DNA of 64,000 nucleotides from Candidatus Eiseniibacteriota bacterium (GTDB taxonomy: Bacteria > Joyebacterota > Joyebacteria > Joyebacterales > Joyebacteraceae). Both the position numbers and the translations under genes were made by a program. The notes beneath the pieces were generated by a model. That model searched no databases. It was not told where the DNA came from and worked only from the letters and a program-made list of their open reading frames with translations. Below, one piece after another: positions 28,020 to 36,844 of this stretch. Location of the stretch: contig JBDRFG010000130.1 in NCBI GenBank assembly GCA_043819135.1, positions 16,005 to 80,004 on the forward strand. The letters run 5' to 3'. How positions within the stretch are numbered: the first letter of the stretch is position 1; each line of letters starts with the position of its first letter.

Positions 28020-29230
28020 TGGCTCTTGAGCCGATGCGAGAGGACAGGAAGGGCGTCGGCGTGCTCGACGGCATGCAGTCGTTCGGGCTCGCCGTGCTTC
28101 TGTTCGGGCTGCCCTTCTCCGAGGCGATGAAGAGCATCGGTCTGGCGATCGCCGTAGTCGGTTTCCTGGGCAAACTGGCTCTCGGCGCGCGACCGCGCCT
28201 GGGCCCGAGGGGGACCCTTCTGGCGCTGCTGGCGTTCTACGCCGCCTGCGCGCTGTCGGTCGCCGCGGCCGAACCGGAGCTCAGGAGGCCACACGAACTT
28301 TTCACTCTCGCAATGACGATCGTGCCCTTCATTCTGGTGGCCGACGCGTGCGCCAGGCCGTCACGGAAGCTCTTCTTCGCGCTCACCATCGTGGCCGGAG
28401 CCACGCTTGCCGCACTGCTCGCCTACGTGGACCACATGACCGGCTCGTATCAAAGGACGGTCCTTGGATCGGTGGAGAACGCCATACCGGCGGCCGAGTA
28501 CCTCGGGGCCGTGGTCCCGCTTGCCGTGGCGTTGCTGCTCGAGGAGATGGGCGCTCCGCTTGCCGGGCCTCTCCTCGGACTGGCCGTCGGGAGTCTCGGG
28601 ATCGTCTTCATAATGACCAAGTCGCGAGGCCCGCTGCCCGCGGCGATCACAGGTTTCGCAATGGCGATAGGGATGTCTCTCAGACGCTGGCGCCACGGTC
28701 TCATCGCCGCGGCCGCGTGCTGCTCGGCGTTCTTGATTTTCGTCGTGGCCAATCCGGGCTCGAGAGCCGCCAGCGCGATGACACCGGGAAGGCGGGACTC
28801 GGAGAGCCGGCTCGTGACGTGGCGGATGACGGCGGACCTGATAGCGGAGCGTCCCCTGCTGGGGCACGGGCTGGGAAGCTACCCCGACCTCGACGTCGTA
28901 TACGTCGACGAGAGGGTGACGATACACCAGCTGAACGCCCACAGCGCCTGGTTGCAGGTGACCTGCGACAGCGGCGCACTCGGCGCTGGCAGCCTCGTCG
29001 TTTTTCTGGTATTGGCTCTTGGGGGTCCTGTAAGGACGTCCCGTCGTTCCCGAGGACTCGACAGGGCGGTCTCGGTCGGCGCGCTCGGGGGCGTGGTCTC
29101 CATTCTGCTGGCGGGGCTCTTCTCGGTGTCCACCGACGCCGAACCCGGCATCCTGCTGTTCACGCTGGCGGCGCTGGGAAGCGCCTCGGGAGTGGCCGGG
29201 CGGCCCGAGAGAGGACGGGCAGAACCATGA
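28019..29230 (+). CDS. O-antigen ligase (WaaL/Wzy_C) family membrane protein
   Basis: Multi-TM; TKSRG, R...W, PLLGHGLG and NAHS motifs. Confidence 0.85.
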   Translation: MALEPMREDRKGVGVLDGMQSFGLAVLLFGLPFSEAMKSIGLAIAVVGFLGKLALGARPRLGPRGTLLALLAFYAACALSVAAAEPELRRPHELFTLAMTIVPFILVADACARPSRKLFFALTIVAGATLAALLAYVDHMTGSYQRTVLGSVENAIPAAEYLGAVVPLAVALLLEEMGAPLAGPLLGLAVGSLGIVFIMTKSRGPLPAAITGFAMAIGMSLRRWRHGLIAAAACCSAFLIFVVANPGSRAASAMTPGRRDSESRLVTWRMTADLIAERPLLGHGLGSYPDLDVVYVDERVTIHQLNAHSAWLQVTCDSGALGAGSLVVFLVLALGGPVRTSRRSRGLDRAVSVGALGGVVSILLAGLFSVSTDAEPGILLFTLAALGSASGVAGRPERGRAEP

Positions 29231-29829
29231 CCGCGGGCCGAGCGGCGACGTTTCTGGACAGAGACGGGACCATAACCGTCGAGAACAGCTACATAACCCG
29301 CCCGGAGGACATCCGGCTGGTCGACGGGGCCTCGGCGGCGATCCGCGAACTCAACGCGGCCGGAGTCCTCGCGGTGATAATAAGCAACCAGTCGGGGGTC
29401 GCCCGGGGTCTGATGAGCGAGGAGGACGTGGCGGCCGTTCACGCCGCCACCGAGTCGCTGCTCGCGGCCGAGGGGGCGACGCTCGACGGAGCCTACTACT
29501 GCCCGAACCATTTCGACGGGAAGGTGCTGCGATACACTCAAGACGCGTCCTGTCGCAAGCCGGCCCTCGGCATGCTGGAGCTGGCGATCCGCGATCTGGG
29601 CATCGACCTGTCGAGGTCCACCGTGGTCGGCGATCAGATGACGGATGTGGAGTTCGCCAACAGAGCGGGCATTCCCGCTGTGCTCGTGACGACGGGCAAG
29701 GGGGCCGAGCATTTCGAATCGGCGAGCGAACGCGGCCTCCGTGTGACGGCGCATGTGCCCGACATCGCCGCCGCGGTGCGCTGGATCCTCGACGGGAGGC
29801 ACGGATGGGAACCGGAGAACGAACGGTGA
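29227..29829 (+). CDS. gmhB: D-glycero-D-manno-heptose 1,7-bisphosphate phosphatase
   Basis: FLDRDGTI, SNQSGVARG, YCPNH, CRKP and VGD motifs; ATGA overlap. Confidence 0.9.
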   Translation: MTAGRAATFLDRDGTITVENSYITRPEDIRLVDGASAAIRELNAAGVLAVIISNQSGVARGLMSEEDVAAVHAATESLLAAEGATLDGAYYCPNHFDGKVLRYTQDASCRKPALGMLELAIRDLGIDLSRSTVVGDQMTDVEFANRAGIPAVLVTTGKGAEHFESASERGLRVTAHVPDIAAAVRWILDGRHGWEPENER

Positions 29830-30647
29830 GGCTCGGGACATCTCCGAGGACGGTTGCGCTCGTCGCCGCGGTGGCTATCGCCGCCGCCCTCGCGGCCCAG
29901 GTCCTGGCCGTCGATGCGGGAGCGGACGTCGGACGCGTCGCGCTCGGTCCGTCAGGCGAGATCTCGGCGCCGCCCTTCGGTGTCGGAGAGAAACTGACGT
30001 TCGAGATCAAGTACGGGTTCGTCAGCGCCGGGACGGCGATCATGGGCATACCGAGGACGGTCATGGAGCGCGGCCACGAGTGCTATCACATCGTCTCTCT
30101 GGCGGAGTCGAACCCGTTCTTCTCAGTGTTCTTCACCGTGAGAGACGTCGCCGAGTCCTTTATGGATGTCAGAGAGCTGATCCCGCGCCGGTTCGAGAAG
30201 CGACTTCGCGAGGGAGACTTCCGAGCGCACGACATGGTGCTTTTCGACCACGAGCGGCACGTCGCTCTCTACCCGAGCAAGGGCGACCGGCTCGTCCCGA
30301 TATCCGCCAACACGCAGGACATCCTCTCCTCGCTCTACTACGTGCGAATGATGGAACTGGAGGTCGGACGGTCGGTCTTCATCGACAACCACGCCGACAA
30401 GAAAAACTACCCGCTCGAGATCAAGGTGCTCCGGCGGGAACGGATCAACGTGCCGGCCGGCCAGTTCGACTGTATTGTTGTGGAGCCGGTCATGCGCGGA
30501 GCCGGTCTTTTCAGTCAGAAGGGGAAGCTGACTGTGTGGCTCACGGACAACGAGGTGCACATACCCGTTCTCATGAAGACCAAGGTCATGATAGGTTCTA
30601 TCTCGGCCGTACTGACGGACGTCGACTACGCCGACGTCGCTTCTTGA
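29826..30647 (+). CDS. DUF3108-like exported protein
   Basis: Signal peptide; F.VGEKLTF.I.YG, QDILSSLYY.R, I.VPAG.F.C and WLTD...IPV motifs; GTGA overlap. Confidence 0.75.
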   Translation: MRLGTSPRTVALVAAVAIAAALAAQVLAVDAGADVGRVALGPSGEISAPPFGVGEKLTFEIKYGFVSAGTAIMGIPRTVMERGHECYHIVSLAESNPFFSVFFTVRDVAESFMDVRELIPRRFEKRLREGDFRAHDMVLFDHERHVALYPSKGDRLVPISANTQDILSSLYYVRMMELEVGRSVFIDNHADKKNYPLEIKVLRRERINVPAGQFDCIVVEPVMRGAGLFSQKGKLTVWLTDNEVHIPVLMKTKVMIGSISAVLTDVDYADVAS

Positions 30648-30667
30648 CGCAGCATACAGGAGGAACA

Positions 30668-31618
30668 ATGCCCTCGCGCCACAGAGAAGTTGACCTGTCG
30701 CGGCTTCGCCGCGTGTCGATCGCCGAGAGAGGGGGCCTGATCGACGTCGGCAGCTTCGTGACCCCCGACGAACGCGCCCCGGATGTGGCCGGCCTCCTGG
30801 ACGTCGTGCCCGATCTCTTCGCGGGAGCGGATTTTCGGCGCGCGGTAGGCGCGCTGGCGCGAGCGGCGAGCGAGGGGCGAACGGTGCTGGTGATGTTCGG
30901 CGCGCACGTGGTGAAGTGCGGTCTCTCGCGACTTCTGATCGACCTGATGAAGAGAGGCGTCGTGACCGCCGTCGCCACGAACGGCGCCGGGGCGATACAC
31001 GACTTCGAGATCGCGATGTGGGGCAAGACATCCGAGGACGTCGCCGGGCACCTGGAGGACGGGACGTTCGGCATGTGCAGTGACACGGCGGACGCGATGA
31101 ATCAGTGCGCGTGCCGGGGCGCGGGCGAAGGCGAGGGACTGGGGGAGAGCCTGGGACGCGAACTCGCCGGGCGGCCGGCGGCCAACCTGGACGCGAGCAT
31201 CGTCGGGAGCGCGTACGAACTCGAGATCCCCGCGACGATCCATGTCGCGCTGGGGACCGACATCGTGCACGAGCACGCCTCGGCCGACGGCGCGGCCATA
31301 GGCGATACGAGTCTGCGCGATTTCAGGATCCTCGCGGAGGTGGTCTCGAATCTCGAGGGTGGCGTGGTGATGAATATCGGCTCAGCAGTCATTCTGCCTG
31401 AGGTCTTCCTCAAGGCTCTCGCGGTCGCAAGGAATCTCGGGGGCGCCGCCGGAGCCTTCACGGCCATAGGCCTGGACATGAACGAACCCTACAGGGCCAC
31501 GTTGAACGTCATCGGCCGGCCCACAGCCGAACATGGTATGGGTATTGCACTTAGGGGGCGCCACGAGATCCTCCTACCGCTGCTCTGGGCGGCCGTTCGG
31601 GCGGAACTCGGCACGTGA
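30668..31618 (+). CDS. Uncharacterised deoxyhypusine-synthase-like fold protein
   Basis: GAHVVKCGLS, NGAGAIHDFE, TSEDV..L.DG.FG, HVALGTDI.H, GSAVILPEVFLKA and G.HEI motifs; GGAGG RBS. Confidence 0.6.
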   Translation: MPSRHREVDLSRLRRVSIAERGGLIDVGSFVTPDERAPDVAGLLDVVPDLFAGADFRRAVGALARAASEGRTVLVMFGAHVVKCGLSRLLIDLMKRGVVTAVATNGAGAIHDFEIAMWGKTSEDVAGHLEDGTFGMCSDTADAMNQCACRGAGEGEGLGESLGRELAGRPAANLDASIVGSAYELEIPATIHVALGTDIVHEHASADGAAIGDTSLRDFRILAEVVSNLEGGVVMNIGSAVILPEVFLKALAVARNLGGAAGAFTAIGLDMNEPYRATLNVIGRPTAEHGMGIALRGRHEILLPLLWAAVRAELGT

Positions 31619-31636
31619 GGCCGTCGGCGATAGCGG

Positions 31637-31665
31637 TTGACACGAGACAAAGCTTGTGATACAAT
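31637..31665 (+). promoter_or_regulatory. Strong sigma70-type promoter
   Basis: TTGACA-17 nt-TACAAT with extended -10 TG. Confidence 0.8.
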
Positions 31666-31929
31666 GGCATTGAGTCTCAGGAGAGGACTGCCCGACCACA
31701 GAGCGAAAGGACTCGCATAGCAAGATTGCTAAGGGTTTCTTCCTAAGTCGAATACTCGCTCGGGAAGATGGCGGAGGCGGACCGTTGTCGTGGTTCGTGC
31801 CGACGCCACGTCGATTCGACAGCGCCCTTGGCAGACCACAGTGTCACGTTGATCTCCCGCCGGGTGCGACGTCAGTCGACACCCGGCTTCTTCTTGCCGA
31901 AACCGCCGCGAGTCCGGAGACGCAAGACC

Positions 31930-32622
31930 GTGTATTTCGTCGATGAGAGATTCGGGTACGGAACGGTCGAGGAGTTCACTCGAGGCTCCCGCGAGGGTGA
32001 ACGCCTTCTGAGCGGCAAGTTCTACCGACGCCGCGTCAAGCGACCGCTGGACGTCCTGGCCAGCCTGGTCGGTCTCCTGCTGCTGTCACCGCTGTTCATT
32101 GTCCTGGCGATCATGGTGAGGCTCGATTCCCGCGGTCCGGTCTTCTTCAGGCAGATGCGCGTGGGAAAGGACGGGCGCGAGTTCGAGTTCTACAAGTTCC
32201 GGTCAATGGTCCAGGACGCTGAGGCGATGAAGAACAAGCTCATGCACCTGAACGAGCTCGAGGGGCCCGTGTTCAAGATCAGCGACGACCCGCGTATAAC
32301 GCCGATCGGACGCTTCCTCAGACGGACGAGCCTCGACGAGCTTCCCCAGCTCTTTAACGTTCTCCGGGGTGACATGAGTCTGGTCGGTCCGAGGCCGCCG
32401 CTTCCGGCGGAGGTCGCCAACTACGAGAGCTGGCAGCGGCAGAAGCTGTCCGTACTGCCGGGCATCACCTGTCTCTGGCAGATCAGCGGAAGGAACCACA
32501 TCGGCTTCACCGAATGGATGAGGCTGGACATAGAGTACATCAGAAGGCAGTCGTTCGGAGTGGACGTGAAGATCCTAGCCAGGACGCTCCCGGCGGTGCT
32601 TCTGAGGAAAGGGGCCTTCTGA
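31930..32622 (+). CDS. Priming sugar transferase (polyprenyl-phosphate glycosylphosphotransferase)
   Basis: KRPLD, KFRSM, DDPRIT..GRFLRRTSLDELPQ.FNVL.GDMSLVGPRP and PGIT.LWQ motifs. GTG 31930 after GGAGA preferred; ORF is open from 31768. Confidence 0.9.
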   Translation: MYFVDERFGYGTVEEFTRGSREGERLLSGKFYRRRVKRPLDVLASLVGLLLLSPLFIVLAIMVRLDSRGPVFFRQMRVGKDGREFEFYKFRSMVQDAEAMKNKLMHLNELEGPVFKISDDPRITPIGRFLRRTSLDELPQLFNVLRGDMSLVGPRPPLPAEVANYESWQRQKLSVLPGITCLWQISGRNHIGFTEWMRLDIEYIRRQSFGVDVKILARTLPAVLLRKGAF

Positions 32623-32761
32623 ACAGGACCCACTGAGCGGTCACGAACCTGCTCAGGACACCGACAGATTCTGTGGATCCGGCAGCGACTGCGTCGACTC
32701 TAACCCTCACTCACACCGCAACGCTGCCGGATTCGCGTTGTAGGGGGCTGTCAGGTCTGAT

Positions 32762-32790
32762 TTGACACGCCTGAGTCCATCCTCTATTCT
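32762..32790 (+). promoter_or_regulatory. sigma70-type promoter
   Basis: TTGACA-17 nt-TATTCT. Confidence 0.7.
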
Positions 32791-32853
32791 CCGCGTGTCC
32801 CGTAGAAGGAGCCCCCAGGCTCTCGAGCCGGGCACTCGCAGGAGACAGGTACG

Positions 32854-34428
32854 GTGAGTCTTTCGACAGCAAATTCCATTGAGCCCCCAGGCGCGGTCGG
32901 CGCGGACGTACAAGCGCGGACGCTTAGTGTGGTCCTCCCGCTTCTCGTTTTGCTCGGTGCGTTCCTGAGGTTCTACAGGCTGGGGGGCCAGAGTCTCTGG
33001 GTCGACGAGATACTGACGCTCAAGGCGGCCAACGTCGGAGGAACGCTCGCACTTCGCGATGTGTTGTCGAATATCCAGGGGCCACTTCACGCCGTTCTTG
33101 TCCACTTCGTTGCGCGGTTCTCCACCTCGGAGCCGGCGCTCCGCGGCCTCTCGGCTCTGGCGGGTGTCGCCACCATCCCTGTGGTGTATCTGCTTGGGAA
33201 GGACGTGGCCGGGCGTCGGGTGGGACTGATCTCCGCTACGCTCATCGCCGTTTCACCTTTCGCCGTGTGGTACTCGCAGGAGGTGAGGAACTACTCGTTC
33301 CTGATTCTCCTGTCGGCGACGTCCACGCTGGCCGCGTGGCGGATCATCGTGACGGGTGGACGTGCGTGGGGCCTGTATGCAGCGAGCGTGACGCTGGCGC
33401 TCTACAGCAACCTCTCCGCGGCGTTTCTGTGGTTGGCGCATACGCTCTTTGGGCTCGGGCGGCTCGCACGGGCGCGGCGCCTGATGAAGTGGGCGGCCAC
33501 CTGCCTGGCGATCGCTCTACTATTCCTGCCGCTCCTTCTAGGTCTGATCAAGTGGGTGGAGGTCGACTGCGTCGGCGAGCGCATCGTGGTCGCTCCCCTT
33601 GCCGAGAACGGGGAGCTTCTCAGGGGGGCGACGACGTTCTCCCCTCTGGCGATTCCGTACTCCATCTTCACCATGGTGTACGGGTACTCCCTGGGTCCGA
33701 GCGCACGAGAGCTGCACACCGGTTCCCCGCTCGGAGCGTTCGCCCGCCATCTTTGGCTGGTCATCCCAGCCGGTGTGATGGCGGCCGTCGGGTTCATCCT
33801 GGGGTTCAGGAGATTGTGGGTGGAAGGGAGCGCGGGGCGTCTTGTCGCCGCGGTGGTCGTCGTGTCTTTCCTCGCGGCGGCCGTTCTGGCGCTCCTGAAC
33901 ATCAAGCCGTTCAATGTGCGTTACGTGGCCGTGATGCTGCCTGTGATCGTGGTCACGATGTCCGCGGGCGTGGCCACGCTGTCGGTGCGCCGCGGCGCTT
34001 GGCTTTGGGCCGGCGTTGTTCTATTCTCTCTGCTGTCGTTGGGGAGATACTACTTCGTTCCCGAGTACTCCCGTGAGGACGTGCGCGGCGCGGCGCGGTA
34101 CGTGGCCGAGAACGAGCGCCCGGGCGACATCGTTCTCGTGCCGGTCGTCAGAGACGTCTTCGCGTTCTACTACGAGGGCGCTGCCGACTACTTCGCTGTC
34201 TACAGAGGTCAGACGGCATCGGCGGACAGGTTACGGAGCGTCGTGGAGGCCCGGGCAGAGGGGCACGAGAGACTCTGGTTCGTCGAGTCCCGCCTCTGGC
34301 ACATGGACGAGGCTCTGAGGACCCCGATCGTTCTCGGGGAACTCTACAGGGAGGTCGACAGGCGCGAGTTCGCGGGCGCGACGGTGACGCTGTACGACCT
34401 TGACGAACGCCCGGATACTGGACGGTAG
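32854..34428 (+). CDS. GT-C fold membrane glycosyltransferase (GT39/ArnT/PMT-like)
   Basis: LRFYRLG.QSLWVDE, LR.LSAL.G and SPFAVWYSQEVRNY motifs; many TM segments. Confidence 0.8.
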   Translation: MSLSTANSIEPPGAVGADVQARTLSVVLPLLVLLGAFLRFYRLGGQSLWVDEILTLKAANVGGTLALRDVLSNIQGPLHAVLVHFVARFSTSEPALRGLSALAGVATIPVVYLLGKDVAGRRVGLISATLIAVSPFAVWYSQEVRNYSFLILLSATSTLAAWRIIVTGGRAWGLYAASVTLALYSNLSAAFLWLAHTLFGLGRLARARRLMKWAATCLAIALLFLPLLLGLIKWVEVDCVGERIVVAPLAENGELLRGATTFSPLAIPYSIFTMVYGYSLGPSARELHTGSPLGAFARHLWLVIPAGVMAAVGFILGFRRLWVEGSAGRLVAAVVVVSFLAAAVLALLNIKPFNVRYVAVMLPVIVVTMSAGVATLSVRRGAWLWAGVVLFSLLSLGRYYFVPEYSREDVRGAARYVAENERPGDIVLVPVVRDVFAFYYEGAADYFAVYRGQTASADRLRSVVEARAEGHERLWFVESRLWHMDEALRTPIVLGELYREVDRREFAGATVTLYDLDERPDTGR

Positions 34429-34611
34429 GCGGCGACGGGGAACCCGCGCCGCGATCCGGCGTGCATCCGGAGGGGGGCCGTTATCAGATCGCCACCGACT
34501 GCCCCGCAGCGCGTGCCGCCGGCCGAGTGCCGTCTCGGCACGAATTGCCGAACAATCGGTCATTCATCGCCGGAGGGAGTGCTTCCGGGACGCCGTCGAA
34601 CGCCGTAAGTG

Positions 34612-34627
34612 TGGCATGAGTTATGCA
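34612..34627 (+). promoter_or_regulatory. sigma54 (-24/-12) promoter candidate for the EPS operon
   Basis: TGGCATGAGTTATGCA (GG-N10-GC); palindrome TCGGCA-N5-TGCCGA at 34535-34551 upstream. Confidence 0.55.
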
Positions 34628-34698
34628 TTTAGGAGCGTCTAAGCACGCTCCGCAGCTGGTGCGGAGTGGACGCGCAACTTGCGCGGGGGTTCACAGAG

Positions 34699-35439
34699 AT
34701 GGCACAGATCAGAACGGGGCTGCTCGCGGTTGTCCTCGGAGCAGCGCTATGTTGTGTATGTGGGTGCGCCGGCACCGACGGCGGAGGCGTGGTGGATGTC
34801 GCCGACTACGAGCAGCCGGTCGTCGACTCAACGGAGTACCGCCTTCGCACAGGCGACTCGGTTCGCATCATTTTCCAGACGGACCGGTCGCTCGACTATG
34901 AAGCGCCCGTCTCACCCGCTGGTACGATCGGCGTGCCGTCGGGTGGAGAGGTGGCGGCGGCGGGGAGGACGGTCGAAGAGGTGCGGCGGGACATTGAGGT
35001 GATGATGGCGGAGCTGCTCCTGGACCCGAGGGCATCCGTCGTGCTCGATAGCGTCGCGGAGCAGCCGGTGTACGTGCTTGGAGAGGTCAAGAGCCCGGGG
35101 GCGGTGAGCGGGCGGGGCACGATGAGTCTCAGCATGGCGCTCGCCGAGGCCGGCGGGCCGCTATCGAGCGGGAAGCTCAGCAGCGTCATGGTGGTCCGGA
35201 CCAGCGGAGTTCCTTCGGCCGTGGCCATCAAGGTCGATGTCTCGAAGTTCCTTTCCGGCAGGGACCTGGCGCAGGATCTGCCCCTCGAGCCGTACGACGT
35301 GGTCTTCGTTCCCAAGTCCGTCATCGGCAAGGTCAATGAGTTCGTGGAGCTGTTCTTCACTCAGATCGCGCCCGCACAGCTCTTCTATCTGCGCGGGTAT
35401 GACATAGCCAACAGGAAGCCGCTGAGCTTGTACCAGTAG
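34699..35439 (+). CDS. wza: Polysaccharide export lipoprotein, Wza/OPX family
   Basis: Lipoprotein-like signal (..VCG-C); EYRL..GD, V.P.G.I, VYVLGEV.SPG (SLBB) and L.PYDVVFVP motifs. Confidence 0.85.
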   Translation: MAQIRTGLLAVVLGAALCCVCGCAGTDGGGVVDVADYEQPVVDSTEYRLRTGDSVRIIFQTDRSLDYEAPVSPAGTIGVPSGGEVAAAGRTVEEVRRDIEVMMAELLLDPRASVVLDSVAEQPVYVLGEVKSPGAVSGRGTMSLSMALAEAGGPLSSGKLSSVMVVRTSGVPSAVAIKVDVSKFLSGRDLAQDLPLEPYDVVFVPKSVIGKVNEFVELFFTQIAPAQLFYLRGYDIANRKPLSLYQ

Positions 35440-35473
35440 CTGTCGCGGGCGGTCCCAGGAATGTGAGGGAGCA

Positions 35474-36835
35474 TTGAGGCGCGAGATCGAACAGACCGAA
35501 GCCGTCCTTCTGGAAGAGATCCTCTACGTGGTCTTTCGGAGGAAACTCCTGATCGCCGCACTGCTGCTGATAGCGGGCGGCATCTTCGCTTACGGCGTTC
35601 TGACGGAGGTCGACGTCTACAGGGGCGAGGCCATCGTGATGATCCGTCGCCTCCCGCTCGGCTACCAGATGCCGGCTGAGAGTCGCGCCGTACTGCTGCG
35701 CGCTGAGGTGGTGAACTCGGAGATAGAGATCATCACGAGCCCGGCGGTGGCGGAGGTAGTGGTCACCAGGCTCGGGCTGGACGAGGGGAAGGACCGCGCA
35801 AGAGCGATCCACAACGTCAACAAGCAGATCAAGGCAGAGGCGGAGCCCGAGTCCAACATCATCAAGATCAGCTGCTCCAACATGGACCCGGTCAGGGCGG
35901 CGGAGGTGACCAACGCGGCTCTCGACGCGTACCTGAGCGTCCGTGCGGGAGTGGCGCTCGACTACGACGCTGTCGACTACCTTGACGTGCAGGCGCGGCG
36001 AGTGAGGGTCGCGATCGACTCGATCGGCGCGGAGATCACGAGATACGGTGCTGAGGAAGGGCAGCTCGCCAGGGGCCGCAAGGGAGAGCAGCACATGGGC
36101 CTCATCAACGGGTACACGGGCGATCTCATGGATCTTGATTCATCCATCTACTCCAAGGAAGAGAAGATCGCGGCGACCGAGGAGTGGCTTGCGTCCGACG
36201 GGGACATCACGCACGCCCCCAACGGCGATATATACGACATGGCGACCGTAAGGCAGTCGAAGCTCATACACCTGGATCTGAAGTCGAAGCTCGCCGAGGC
36301 CCGGGCGAGGTACGCACCCGAGCACCCCGAGGTCAGACGGCTCGAGCGCGAACTGAGTTCGGTGGCGCAGATGGTGCGTACCGAGATCGAGCAGTCGCTC
36401 CTCCGCCAGAAGGTGCGCCTCGATGAGTGGAGGGCGGAGAGGCGGGCGACCGCCAGGATCCTGGATGAGTTGGAGGCTCAGAACCCCAAGCTGTCGGACG
36501 ATGAGATGCAGATCCGCATGCTCGAGCACGAGCTGTCGATCCGGGCGGACCTCTACTCGGTCCTCGTAGGCAGGCGCGAGCAGTTCAAGATCACCGCCGC
36601 CACGGACCCGAGCCTGCTGAACGTCGGTGTGGTGTCGAGGGCAGCCGTGCCTGTGGAGCCTCACAAGGCGGGGATCAACATGAAGTCGGTCTTCGCGTTC
36701 TTCACGTTCCTGTTCGGCCTCGCGTTCGTGTTCGCGGTCGAGAGGATGGACCAGTCGCTGGTGCGCCGCCCCGACGTCGAGCGAGAACTCGGTCTCAAAG
36801 TGCTCGCGATCGTGCGGCACCGGGCGAGGAGCTAG
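35474..36835 (+). CDS. Polysaccharide co-polymerase / chain-length determinant (Wzc N-part, GumC-like)
   Basis: Two TM segments flanking a coiled coil; NSEIEII.S and Y.PEHPEV motifs; no fused kinase. Confidence 0.85.
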   Translation: MRREIEQTEAVLLEEILYVVFRRKLLIAALLLIAGGIFAYGVLTEVDVYRGEAIVMIRRLPLGYQMPAESRAVLLRAEVVNSEIEIITSPAVAEVVVTRLGLDEGKDRARAIHNVNKQIKAEAEPESNIIKISCSNMDPVRAAEVTNAALDAYLSVRAGVALDYDAVDYLDVQARRVRVAIDSIGAEITRYGAEEGQLARGRKGEQHMGLINGYTGDLMDLDSSIYSKEEKIAATEEWLASDGDITHAPNGDIYDMATVRQSKLIHLDLKSKLAEARARYAPEHPEVRRLERELSSVAQMVRTEIEQSLLRQKVRLDEWRAERRATARILDELEAQNPKLSDDEMQIRMLEHELSIRADLYSVLVGRREQFKITAATDPSLLNVGVVSRAAVPVEPHKAGINMKSVFAFFTFLFGLAFVFAVERMDQSLVRRPDVERELGLKVLAIVRHRARS

Positions 36836-36844
36836 GAGGGGACG

